Positions 16,766 through 24,503 of a stretch of 35,271 nt of DNA are shown here, piece after piece (position 1 is the first letter of the stretch; each line of letters opens with the position of its first letter). This DNA comes from a virus. Lineage: Duplodnaviria; Caudoviricetes. The position numbers were made by a program, and so were the translations under genes. The notes under the pieces are model-generated. The model was not told the DNA's origin. It did no database searches and saw only the letters and a program-made list of their open reading frames with translations. The stretch is from positions 1 through 35,271 of IMG/VR virus record IMGVR_UViG_3300048599_000548; one strand, given 5' to 3'.

Positions 16766-18523
16766 ATGTATGCCGAATGGATTGAACGAATTGAACGCGC
16801 CTCGAACGCGAGCGAACGATCCCGGCAAATCAAGGAGTTTGCCCGATTGCATGGTTTTCCGCTCCAGCGCGCATATCGCGAACTGGAGGAGGCTGGCTGG
16901 GATTCCGGGCGGAAGACGCGCGCGGATTCCGGCAATCGAACGGTGGACGACGGGACGATAAAGATGCTCGCGGCGATGATCCGTACGGGCATCCGCAAGA
17001 ACGGCAAGAAAACCATGCCGGTCAACGTCGCCCGGTCTATTTTGCAGGAGAATGGATACGACATTCCGGTGAGCGATTCCTGCGTACGCCGCGCGCTCCG
17101 GGAAGCTCTGCTCGATGCCGAAAGCGTCAAGGTCGCATCGCCCTTTCAGAGAATGAGAACCGAATACCCGAATCAGGTACATCAATGCGATCCATCGGTA
17201 TCGCTCCTCTACTTCACGCCGGGCGGAAAACAACACCTGTTGCGCGACGACGAGGTCTACAAGAACAAACCGTTTCTGGAAGGCAGGGAAAACCTCAAGT
17301 GCTGGCGCTACGTACTGACCGACCATTACTCCAGCTCGATCTGCATCAGATACTACGCGACGGCGGGAGAAAGCGCGGCGGTGCTTTACGATTTCCTTCT
17401 CTACGCATGGAGTCAAAAGGCCGATCCGCTTTACGCCTTTCACGGGCTTCCGGATCTGCTTGTCTGGGACCCGGGCAGCGCGAACAAAAGCCGGGCGATC
17501 ACGAACGCGCTTAGGTCGCTCAAGGTCGAGACGAATCCCCACATGCCGGGAAATCCGCGGGCAAAGGGCCAAGTAGAAAAGTCGAACGACATCGTGGAAA
17601 CCCATTTCGAGTGCCGCCTCCGGCTGGAAGAGGTTCACAGTATCGAAGAACTTAATGAAGCGGCGGAACGGTTCTGCGCGGCGTATAACGCGAACATGAT
17701 TCCCGGTCTCGATACGCGTCTCACGCGAATGCACCAAAAGGTCGGAACGCGGCTCGCTCTCTGGCAATCGATTCAGGCAGAACGCCTGCGCGAGCTGCCG
17801 GACGCGGAGATATGCCGCCTGCTTTTGACCACCGGCATTGAATCACGCAAGGTAGGCGGCGACCTCGGCGTCGGGTATTCGCACCCGCTCATCAAGAGAA
17901 GCTTGCGGTACAGTCTCCGGGATTGTCCCGGCCTTATCGTCGGTCAGGAGGTGAACGTTCAGCCTGTACTCGTAGGGAACGGGTGCAGCATTCTGGTTTC
18001 CTATCGACTCGCTGACGAGATGGTCTCGTACGAGATTGAGCCGATCGAAGTCGATGAAGCGGGCTTTGACCTTTCAGCCCCGATCTTCGGGAAGGAGTTC
18101 AAGAGCCTTCCCGACACGAAGGTCGAGAAAAATGTCGCCGATCTCGTTGCGCTTGCCGCCGAAGGAGCAGAGACGATCAACGCCGACGGCGAAGTATCGA
18201 AATCCGCCGTGCCGTTCTCCTGGGCAAACGACGGCAAGGGGCTTGCTGCACATAGTTTCATCAAGCCGCACGCCGATATTGTCCCGGCACGAAAGGTCGG
18301 CGAACAGGTTTCAATCGGTATGCCGGACGTGGTCGCCGCGCATGACATCCTGATATCGGCAATCGAATCCGCGAAGCGCATCAAAGCGCGGCTCGGATAC
18401 GTCCCCGAAGGTTTCGTCGAGACGATGCGTAAGGAATACCCCGACGGGGTTCCCGCATCGCGTATCGACGATATAGCCCACGAGTATGAGACCGGCGACG
18501 GGTTCGCCGCCCTCTCGATGTAA
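16766..18523 (+). CDS. Mu-like DDE transposase (MuA analogue)
   Basis: RKTRADSG linker; HQCDPS (D), VWDPGSA (D) and NPRAKGQVE (E). Confidence 0.92.
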   Translation: MYAEWIERIERASNASERSRQIKEFARLHGFPLQRAYRELEEAGWDSGRKTRADSGNRTVDDGTIKMLAAMIRTGIRKNGKKTMPVNVARSILQENGYDIPVSDSCVRRALREALLDAESVKVASPFQRMRTEYPNQVHQCDPSVSLLYFTPGGKQHLLRDDEVYKNKPFLEGRENLKCWRYVLTDHYSSSICIRYYATAGESAAVLYDFLLYAWSQKADPLYAFHGLPDLLVWDPGSANKSRAITNALRSLKVETNPHMPGNPRAKGQVEKSNDIVETHFECRLRLEEVHSIEELNEAAERFCAAYNANMIPGLDTRLTRMHQKVGTRLALWQSIQAERLRELPDAEICRLLLTTGIESRKVGGDLGVGYSHPLIKRSLRYSLRDCPGLIVGQEVNVQPVLVGNGCSILVSYRLADEMVSYEIEPIEVDEAGFDLSAPIFGKEFKSLPDTKVEKNVADLVALAAEGAETINADGEVSKSAVPFSWANDGKGLAAHSFIKPHADIVPARKVGEQVSIGMPDVVAAHDILISAIESAKRIKARLGYVPEGFVETMRKEYPDGVPASRIDDIAHEYETGDGFAALSM

Positions 18524-18534
18524 GGAGTATTTTT

Positions 18535-19392
18535 ATGTTGAGCCTTGAAGCCAGAAAGAAATATGGACTTATCCGCGATCCGTTTATTGACGATGTCTCC
18601 TGCGCCGACGATGTGTACCTCACCGACAATTCGGCGTTCGCAGCAGAGTATCTCTATCAGACAGCCAAGGTCGGTGGCATGGTTGCTCTGATCGGAGAAT
18701 CAGGTTCAGGTAAAACGACGATTCGCCGGCTCGCTATCGACCGGATGCAGGCCGACGGTCAGAAGGTAAGAATTATCTCCCCCCGAATCATCGATAAGGG
18801 ACGGCTGACCGCGAGCCTGATTTGCGACGCTATCATCGCGGACTGTTCGACTGAATCGCCCAAGAGAACGCTTGAGGGAAAGGCTCGCCAGATAGAAAAA
18901 ATCCTGACCGCCTCGAGTCGCGCCGGATGGAGTCACGTCCTCATGATCGAGGAAGCGCATGATCTGACCATCCAGACGCTGAAGTATCTCAAGCGGTTCT
19001 GGGAACTTGAGGACGGGTTCAAGAAACTCCTCGCAATCGTTCTCATCGGTCAGGTCGAAATGAAAGGAAAGCTCGACGAGTCAAAGAACTGGGAAGCGCG
19101 CGAGGTAATTCGCCGCATGGAAATTCTTGAACTTGAGCCGTTCGCGTCCGGCAAGGAGATCTCGGAATACCTCGACGTGAAGTTCCGCCGGATACAAAAA
19201 GAACGGGCGAAGGTCATCACCGACGATGCGTGTAAGGCGCTCGCCATAAAACTTCAGAGGCAGACGCGCCGCGATATCGTTTACTCGGTCGCATATCCAC
19301 TGCTCATTAATAACTGGACGCGCAAGGCGTTGAACCTTGCCGCTGAAATGGGCGTAGCCGCCGTTGATGCGGAAGTCGTGAACAGTCTGTGA
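18535..19392 (+). CDS. Transposition AAA+ ATPase (MuB/ExeA-like)
   Basis: Walker A GESGSGKT, Walker B LMIEEAH, IVLIGQ; follows the transposase. Confidence 0.92.
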   Translation: MLSLEARKKYGLIRDPFIDDVSCADDVYLTDNSAFAAEYLYQTAKVGGMVALIGESGSGKTTIRRLAIDRMQADGQKVRIISPRIIDKGRLTASLICDAIIADCSTESPKRTLEGKARQIEKILTASSRAGWSHVLMIEEAHDLTIQTLKYLKRFWELEDGFKKLLAIVLIGQVEMKGKLDESKNWEAREVIRRMEILELEPFASGKEISEYLDVKFRRIQKERAKVITDDACKALAIKLQRQTRRDIVYSVAYPLLINNWTRKALNLAAEMGVAAVDAEVVNSL

Positions 19393-19401
19393 GGTGCTGG
19401 A

Positions 19402-19707
19402 ATGGGTGGGAGAAAAGTTACGGTAACATTCGACGAGGACCAGCTCAAGGTCCTCTCTGCGGAAACGAAGCGTCTCGGACTCGGGCGGATCTCGACACTG
19501 GTCAAGCACCTTGCGACGGTAGGACTCGCCGTGCCGGATGAAACCGGCGCGCGCACCATGCTCGTCAGGGTTGCGAAATGGCAGGAACTGAATGAGTACG
19601 TGCAGCAGAAAGGACTGGGATCGATTGAGACATTCGCGGTATTCGCCATGGAACAGTACACGTCAAGATACCCCGTTTCCGAGGCGAAAAAGAGTCGGCG
19701 CGGGTGA
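19402..19707 (+). CDS. Probable tandem ribbon-helix-helix protein
   Basis: RKVTVTFDEDQLKVL...LGL.RISTLVK and a second similar unit MLVRV...ELNEYVQQKGL.SIETF. Confidence 0.55.
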   Translation: MGGRKVTVTFDEDQLKVLSAETKRLGLGRISTLVKHLATVGLAVPDETGARTMLVRVAKWQELNEYVQQKGLGSIETFAVFAMEQYTSRYPVSEAKKSRRG

Positions 19708-19729
19708 ATCGTCGAGATTTACGGGAGAC

Positions 19730-19760
19730 CCTGCAAGGCGGTACAGCCTTGCGGGTTTTT
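19730..19760 (+). terminator. Terminator-like hairpin upstream of gemA-mor
   Basis: CCTGCAAGGC-GGTACA-GCCTTGCGGG followed by T5. Confidence 0.65.
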
Positions 19761-19773
19761 GAGGGGTTTTTCA

Positions 19774-20253
19774 ATGGCGGTAGCGAGACAAAAAGACAAA
19801 AGGACGAATCTGATCCAGCTCATCCATATCGGGTGCTCAAAAGTAGGTTTAACGGGTGAGTCCGCGCGAGGCTTCAAGGAAGATCATACCGGAAAATCGA
19901 GCTGTTCGGAAATGACACTCGCGGAGCTGGAGTCCGTATTGGCCGCGCTCAAGAACGCCGGTTTTGTCGTCGCGAACCGGAGCGGGAAAAAGAGGATGCC
20001 GGTAACCGACCGCGATCGTGGTTATGCGTCCGAGGAACAGCTTGAGTACATCAAGGGACTGTGGGAGCTTGCGGCGAGAATCAAAACCGACGCGGCGCTC
20101 GAATCGTTCGTTCGCCGCTTGATTCACGTCGATGCGCTCCGGTTCATGACGGACAGAGACGCGACGAAGGTTATCCTCGCGCTCCGTTCAATGGCCGCAA
20201 AAGCCGGTTACGATCCTGACAGCGCGAGGGGGAGGTATCAAGATGGTCGATGA
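19774..20253 (+). CDS. gemA: GemA / Mu gp16 (DUF1018) family regulator
   Basis: LIQLIHIG...TGKSSCSEMT...QLEYIKGLW...ATKVILALRSM. Confidence 0.82.
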   Translation: MAVARQKDKRTNLIQLIHIGCSKVGLTGESARGFKEDHTGKSSCSEMTLAELESVLAALKNAGFVVANRSGKKRMPVTDRDRGYASEEQLEYIKGLWELAARIKTDAALESFVRRLIHVDALRFMTDRDATKVILALRSMAAKAGYDPDSARGRYQDGR

Positions 20254-20683
20254 CGAACTTTCGATCGTGCAGCAAATGATCGATGCCTGCACGATTCCAG
20301 TCGCCGACAGGATTGTCGCAGTGCGTGCGATACGAACAATATGCAAATGGTATGGCGGTCAGCTGATTTCGATTCCCCGATCGGCGAAAAACTCTGCAAC
20401 CGCCGATGATCTTCGAGGCATTATCGCGGACGAAATTGGGGACCCGGACGCGGAGAAGATCGTATGCTGTTTGATGAATTTCTTTGGGGGAACGCAAATC
20501 TATATTCCGATGGAAACGAGAGCTTTCTCGGGTGAGATCGCCCGTGAAATCTATGCGCGGTACAATGGCACAACCGAGTCTATGCGCGAAATCTGCCGGG
20601 AATACAAGATTAGCTACATGCAGGTGTATCGGCTCTATCATCGCGCGGCTGATGAACTACTGCAGAATAAGTTTGATTTTTAA
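20243..20683 (+). CDS. Mor/C family transcription activator
   Basis: YGGQLISIP and FGGTQIYIP motifs plus C-terminal HTH (REICREYKISYMQVYRL). Confidence 0.85.
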   Translation: MVDDELSIVQQMIDACTIPVADRIVAVRAIRTICKWYGGQLISIPRSAKNSATADDLRGIIADEIGDPDAEKIVCCLMNFFGGTQIYIPMETRAFSGEIAREIYARYNGTTESMREICREYKISYMQVYRLYHRAADELLQNKFDF

Positions 20684-20684
20684 T

Positions 20685-20726
20685 TAACGCCGGTTAGCAA
20701 AACCTGTTCGTCCCATCAGATAGACT
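20685..20726 (+). promoter_or_regulatory. Putative activator-dependent promoter 4 (capsid/tail operon)
   Basis: TAACGCCGGTTA, 24 nt spacer, TAGACT. Confidence 0.72.
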
Positions 20727-20733
20727 GTCGTGT

Positions 20734-21696
20734 ATGAAGCACGGCAGTCTTTTTTTTGCTCTCAACATGGAACAGGGGAAAGCCCCGACACGGATTCAGA
20801 TTCTCCCATCAGGCGTCGTCGTGCAGGGGCGTGACGGACGATCATGGACGAATCCCGATCCCGCAACGGTGGTCGCCGCATCGAATGCGGATTTACCTCG
20901 CCACGTCATTGACGAAAATCATGCGACCGACCTCAAGGCTCCGCGCGGTGAAGACGCACCCGCGTATGGATGGTTTTTCAACCTTTCTCTCAATGAGACC
21001 GGGGAAACTTGGGCCGATGTCGAATGGACCGATCGCGGTCGCGCCGCCGTCGAGTCGCTCGAATATCGTTACATATCGCCGGTCTTCGATTTCGATCCCC
21101 AAGGACGAATCATCCGCGTCAAACGTGCCGCACTTTCCAATGCACCCAATTTGCGCCTTGAGGCGCTTAATTCAGAAGATCCGTCCTCGGGACGGGAGGA
21201 GAAGAATATGAAAGGAATTCTTGCCGTGCTCGGCCTCGCCGATACGGCAACGGAACAGGATGCGATCGCTGCGATCGCGACCCTGAAAACCGCGCAGAAT
21301 GCCCAGAAGCCCGTTGACCTTACGCTCTACGCGCCGAGGGCTGATCTGCAGGCAATGGAAACCCGCGCGCTGAATGCCGAGGGGAGTCTGAAAAAGATTC
21401 AGGACGATGGTATCAAGGCGAAGGGCCTCGAGGCCGTCGAGAAGGCGATCGCCGATCGCAAGATCGCCCCGGCGAGCAAGAACGAATATCTTGCGCTCTG
21501 CTCGACGCAGGAAGGGCTCGACAAGTTCACCGCGATCATCGCCGTATCGCCCGAAATCATTCCTGCGAAACCGGCGGTACCGTCCGAAACGCCGCCCGAA
21601 TCGCAGACTGCGCTCAACGCGGAAGAGGTGGCGTACGCGAAGGCTGCGGGTTACACCGCTGAGGAATGGAAAAAGATGAAGGAGAAAGCAAAGTGA
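20734..21696 (+). CDS. Prohead protease/scaffold (Mu gpI-like)
   Basis: GRDGR, IDENHAT, APAYGW, VEWT, YRYISPVF and ALSNAPNL motifs. Confidence 0.93.
   Translation: MKHGSLFFALNMEQGKAPTRIQILPSGVVVQGRDGRSWTNPDPATVVAASNADLPRHVIDENHATDLKAPRGEDAPAYGWFFNLSLNETGETWADVEWTDRGRAAVESLEYRYISPVFDFDPQGRIIRVKRAALSNAPNLRLEALNSEDPSSGREEKNMKGILAVLGLADTATEQDAIAAIATLKTAQNAQKPVDLTLYAPRADLQAMETRALNAEGSLKKIQDDGIKAKGLEAVEKAIADRKIAPASKNEYLALCSTQEGLDKFTAIIAVSPEIIPAKPAVPSETPPESQTALNAEEVAYAKAAGYTAEEWKKMKEKAK
21208..21696 (+). CDS. Internal in-frame scaffold protein (Mu gpZ analogue)
   Basis: GGAGGAG RBS before an in-frame ATG (MKGILAVLGL) just after the protease domain. Confidence 0.65.
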   Translation: MKGILAVLGLADTATEQDAIAAIATLKTAQNAQKPVDLTLYAPRADLQAMETRALNAEGSLKKIQDDGIKAKGLEAVEKAIADRKIAPASKNEYLALCSTQEGLDKFTAIIAVSPEIIPAKPAVPSETPPESQTALNAEEVAYAKAAGYTAEEWKKMKEKAK

Positions 21697-22610
21697 TTAT
21701 TACCGCAACCTCACTTGAAAACCTGCGCACGATGGTACGCGGGGAGTTCGGCGATCAGCTCGCCGCGATCATGCCGAAAGCGCTCTATACGCTGGTAGCT
21801 ACCGACGTACCCTCTACTTCGTCGAGCAATACCTACGGGTGGCTGGAAAAGTTCCCGAAGATCCGACAATGGGTCGGCGCGCGTGTCATCAAGGACATGA
21901 AAGAAAAGGGCTACGCTCTCCCGAACGAACTGTACGAGGCGACCCTTGGCGTTGCCCGGACTGACATCGAAGACGACAATATCGGCGTGTACCGGACGCT
22001 TTCTCGTGCCCAGGCGGACGAGGTCGTCGCCTTCATGAACCGGAAGGTGTTCGGCCTCTTGTCGGCGGGATTCGCCACGCTCTGTTTCGACGGGCAGAAC
22101 TTCTTCGATACCGATCATCCGGTTTATCCCAACGAGGACGGGACCGGAACAGCCGCAAACGTATCCAACATTCAGGGTGACGCGGCCGCGACCGGAACGC
22201 CGTGGTTCCTTCTCTCGCTCAACGGAAGCCTGAAGCCGCTCATCCGGCAGACGCGAAATCCCCCGGAGCTCGAGGCGAAGATGGATACGAGCAACGATCA
22301 CGTCTTCACCTACGACGAATACCTGTACGGCATTCGGTATCGCGGCGCCTTCGGATACGGGTTCTGGCAGCAGGCCGTGGCGTGTAAGGAAGCCCTGTCC
22401 GCCGCGAACTACGAGGCCGCCCGCCTCAAAATGCAGACGTTCACCCGCGACGGCGGAGACCAGCTCGGCGTAGTTCCGACGCACCTTGTCGTAGGGCCCT
22501 CCGGAGAGGCGGCAGGCCGCGCGTTACTCGAGAGTCTCGCACTCGCGAACGGCGCGTCGAACCCGAACTATCACACGGCAGAACTCATCGTCTCCCCGTG
22601 GCTCGCGTAA
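21693..22610 (+). CDS. Major capsid protein (Mu gpT-like)
   Basis: NTYGWL, CFDGQNFFDTDHPV, GYGFWQQA and PTHLVV motifs; GTG start with AAGGAG. Confidence 0.95.
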   Translation: MIITATSLENLRTMVRGEFGDQLAAIMPKALYTLVATDVPSTSSSNTYGWLEKFPKIRQWVGARVIKDMKEKGYALPNELYEATLGVARTDIEDDNIGVYRTLSRAQADEVVAFMNRKVFGLLSAGFATLCFDGQNFFDTDHPVYPNEDGTGTAANVSNIQGDAAATGTPWFLLSLNGSLKPLIRQTRNPPELEAKMDTSNDHVFTYDEYLYGIRYRGAFGYGFWQQAVACKEALSAANYEAARLKMQTFTRDGGDQLGVVPTHLVVGPSGEAAGRALLESLALANGASNPNYHTAELIVSPWLA

Positions 22611-22622
22611 GGAGGTTGACCG

Positions 22623-23039
22623 ATGGTAAAGAGAAAAGATACGGCCAATGCAGGAACCGCTGCGGATCAGACTGGTCCCGTTGACCAGACACCGTCCGAT
22701 GGGCAGGAGAATGCTTCCGCCCAGACCACCGAGAATACCGTCGCGGATCAGACTGGCACCGTTGACCAGACTGCGTCCGCCGACCAGGTCACCACGGAGA
22801 CCGGTGTGGATCAGACTGGTGCTGAAGGAAAAACAAACAACGCGAATTCCTCCGACAGCACAAAGTCCGAGGTTGAGTTGATTACCGTCTCCGTCAGGCA
22901 CACGACGATCTATCCGGTTTACCGCCGGGCTGGCCTTGTCCTTCGCGGGATAGCGAAAGAGGAACGGGTGACCGCTGAGCAGCTCGAAACGCTCAAGGCC
23001 GATCCGTGGGTCGAAGTAAAAGAGGTGGCGACTAAATGA
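22623..23039 (+). CDS. HI1506/FluMu-N-like protein with a repetitive acidic N-terminal region
   Basis: C-terminal YRRAG...TAEQLETLKADPWVEV; ADQTGxVDQT repeats. Confidence 0.7.
   Translation: MVKRKDTANAGTAADQTGPVDQTPSDGQENASAQTTENTVADQTGTVDQTASADQVTTETGVDQTGAEGKTNNANSSDSTKSEVELITVSVRHTTIYPVYRRAGLVLRGIAKEERVTAEQLETLKADPWVEVKEVATK
22662..22820 (+). repeat. Imperfect in-frame tandem repeat
   Basis: GCGGATCAGACTGG(TC/CA)CCGTTGACCAGAC at 22662 and 22743 (81 bp apart), partial third copy at 22806. Confidence 0.85.
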
Positions 23040-23476
23040 CGCCTCTGCTGAGCGTGGAAGAATTGGCCGCGCGGTTTCCGCCGAATACGCTCCCGCTGGG
23101 TGCCGACGGCGAGACGCTCGATAGCGATCGGATTGGCCTTGCTATCTGCGAAGCGACCGGCGTTATTGTGACGTACCTCCCGTGGCTTCTGGACTCGACC
23201 ACGTCGGATATCGCGTTGCCGCTTCCCGCTCAGTTCGCGGATACCCTTTTGGGTATCTGCGCCGACCTCGCCCTCTATCGCCTTACCGATTCGGTTTCCT
23301 CGTCCGAAGATTCCCGCGCCCATTACACGAGCAATCTTAAATTGCTCGATACGATCGGTCGGGAACATCAGGGGGGGCTCGTCGGCCCCGATTATCAGGA
23401 GGCGAGCATCGTCGAACCGGATGAGTCCGCCGGTATCCCGGACGGACGGTTCTGGAAGAAAGGCGGGGTGCTCTGA
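23036..23476 (+). CDS. Head-tail adaptor (Mu gp36 / DUF1320-like)
   Basis: ELAARF...AICEA...ICADLALYRL pattern and synteny. Confidence 0.8.
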   Translation: MTPLLSVEELAARFPPNTLPLGADGETLDSDRIGLAICEATGVIVTYLPWLLDSTTSDIALPLPAQFADTLLGICADLALYRLTDSVSSSEDSRAHYTSNLKLLDTIGREHQGGLVGPDYQEASIVEPDESAGIPDGRFWKKGGVL

Positions 23477-23940
23477 TGTCGGGCGCGGCCGTTTCTTTCG
23501 ACGTTCGCGAGATCGATTCCCTTTCACAGCGTCTTTCCGGTCTCGCTCTTGACGCGGGCGATCGTCGCCGGTTGCTCACCGATCTTGGAGTCGAACTTGA
23601 GGCCCAGATTGTCGAGCGATTCGATACAAAAAAGGCACCGGACGGTACGGCTTGGCAGGCATTAAGCGAACGATACGCGGCCTTCCTCGCCGAGAAGTTT
23701 CCCGGCGCCCGCCCACAACTCGTCGTCACAGGCGAATTGCGGGATACCGTCGAATCGCAACCGGGAGACTGGGAAGTTCTTGCCGGTGCGACGAAGATAT
23801 ACGCCGCCCGGCAAAACTTCGGTTACGAGGATAAGACTCCTGCACGTACCTTCATCGGTATCAGCCTTGAAAACGAACGCGAACTACTCGCCGTCGTCGA
23901 CGAGGCTTTGAAAGTGAAAATATCGGAGGCCGCCAAATGA
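23476..23940 (+). CDS. Virion morphogenesis protein (Mu gpG-like)
   Basis: ERF...APDGTAWQALS...YAARQNFG...PARTFIGIS. Confidence 0.85.
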   Translation: MSGAAVSFDVREIDSLSQRLSGLALDAGDRRRLLTDLGVELEAQIVERFDTKKAPDGTAWQALSERYAAFLAEKFPGARPQLVVTGELRDTVESQPGDWEVLAGATKIYAARQNFGYEDKTPARTFIGISLENERELLAVVDEALKVKISEAAK

Positions 23941-24488
23941 GCATGATTTCCTACGCCGATATACGATCCGAAGCCGTGACATACCTGAAAAAGGTTTTCG
24001 CCAAGGCGAAAGGGTTAACCGTCGACGCACATCCCGGCATCTTCGATGTCGAGGAGCTGAAACGCATTGCGATTCGAGCCCCGGCGATTCTCACCGGACT
24101 GATGGACATCGACGCGAATGACAATCACAAGCTCAAGTTTTCTACATGGATCGTCGTTCGCGGTTCGACCAAAGACACCCTGTTTGATTCGGCGCTCCGA
24201 TACCTCTCCGTCGTGATTCCGGCACTCAAGGAGATCGACGCGGAATGGAGCGATGGTGGCGCTACAGACGTGTCGGCGCGGAACCTGTTCAATGCCTCGA
24301 CCGCCACGCTGAACGTTGGAATATGGGTTGTCGTCTGGTCATGGAATGTGCGCGGGGAATGCATACAGGTAGTGGATGACGAGACCATCGGCGGTATCTT
24401 GCTGCCCGATGAACTCGGGAATTTTGAAGGATATGACGCCGAGCATGAGGTCGGCACCACGAGTGTCGACGAAAGCGTGACGCTCTAA
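23937..24488 (+). CDS. Putative tail terminator (Mu gp37 position)
   Basis: HPGIFDVEEL...APAIL; directly upstream of the sheath. Confidence 0.6.
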   Translation: MSMISYADIRSEAVTYLKKVFAKAKGLTVDAHPGIFDVEELKRIAIRAPAILTGLMDIDANDNHKLKFSTWIVVRGSTKDTLFDSALRYLSVVIPALKEIDAEWSDGGATDVSARNLFNASTATLNVGIWVVVWSWNVRGECIQVVDDETIGGILLPDELGNFEGYDAEHEVGTTSVDESVTL

Positions 24489-24503
24489 AACAAGGAGTTA
24501 AAT

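Noticed and set aside
16691-17767. 358-aa minus-strand ORF within the transposase, and similar overlapping ORFs elsewhere in the track
   Set aside because: Antisense or alternate-frame shadows of confidently assigned genes; no RBS or motif support
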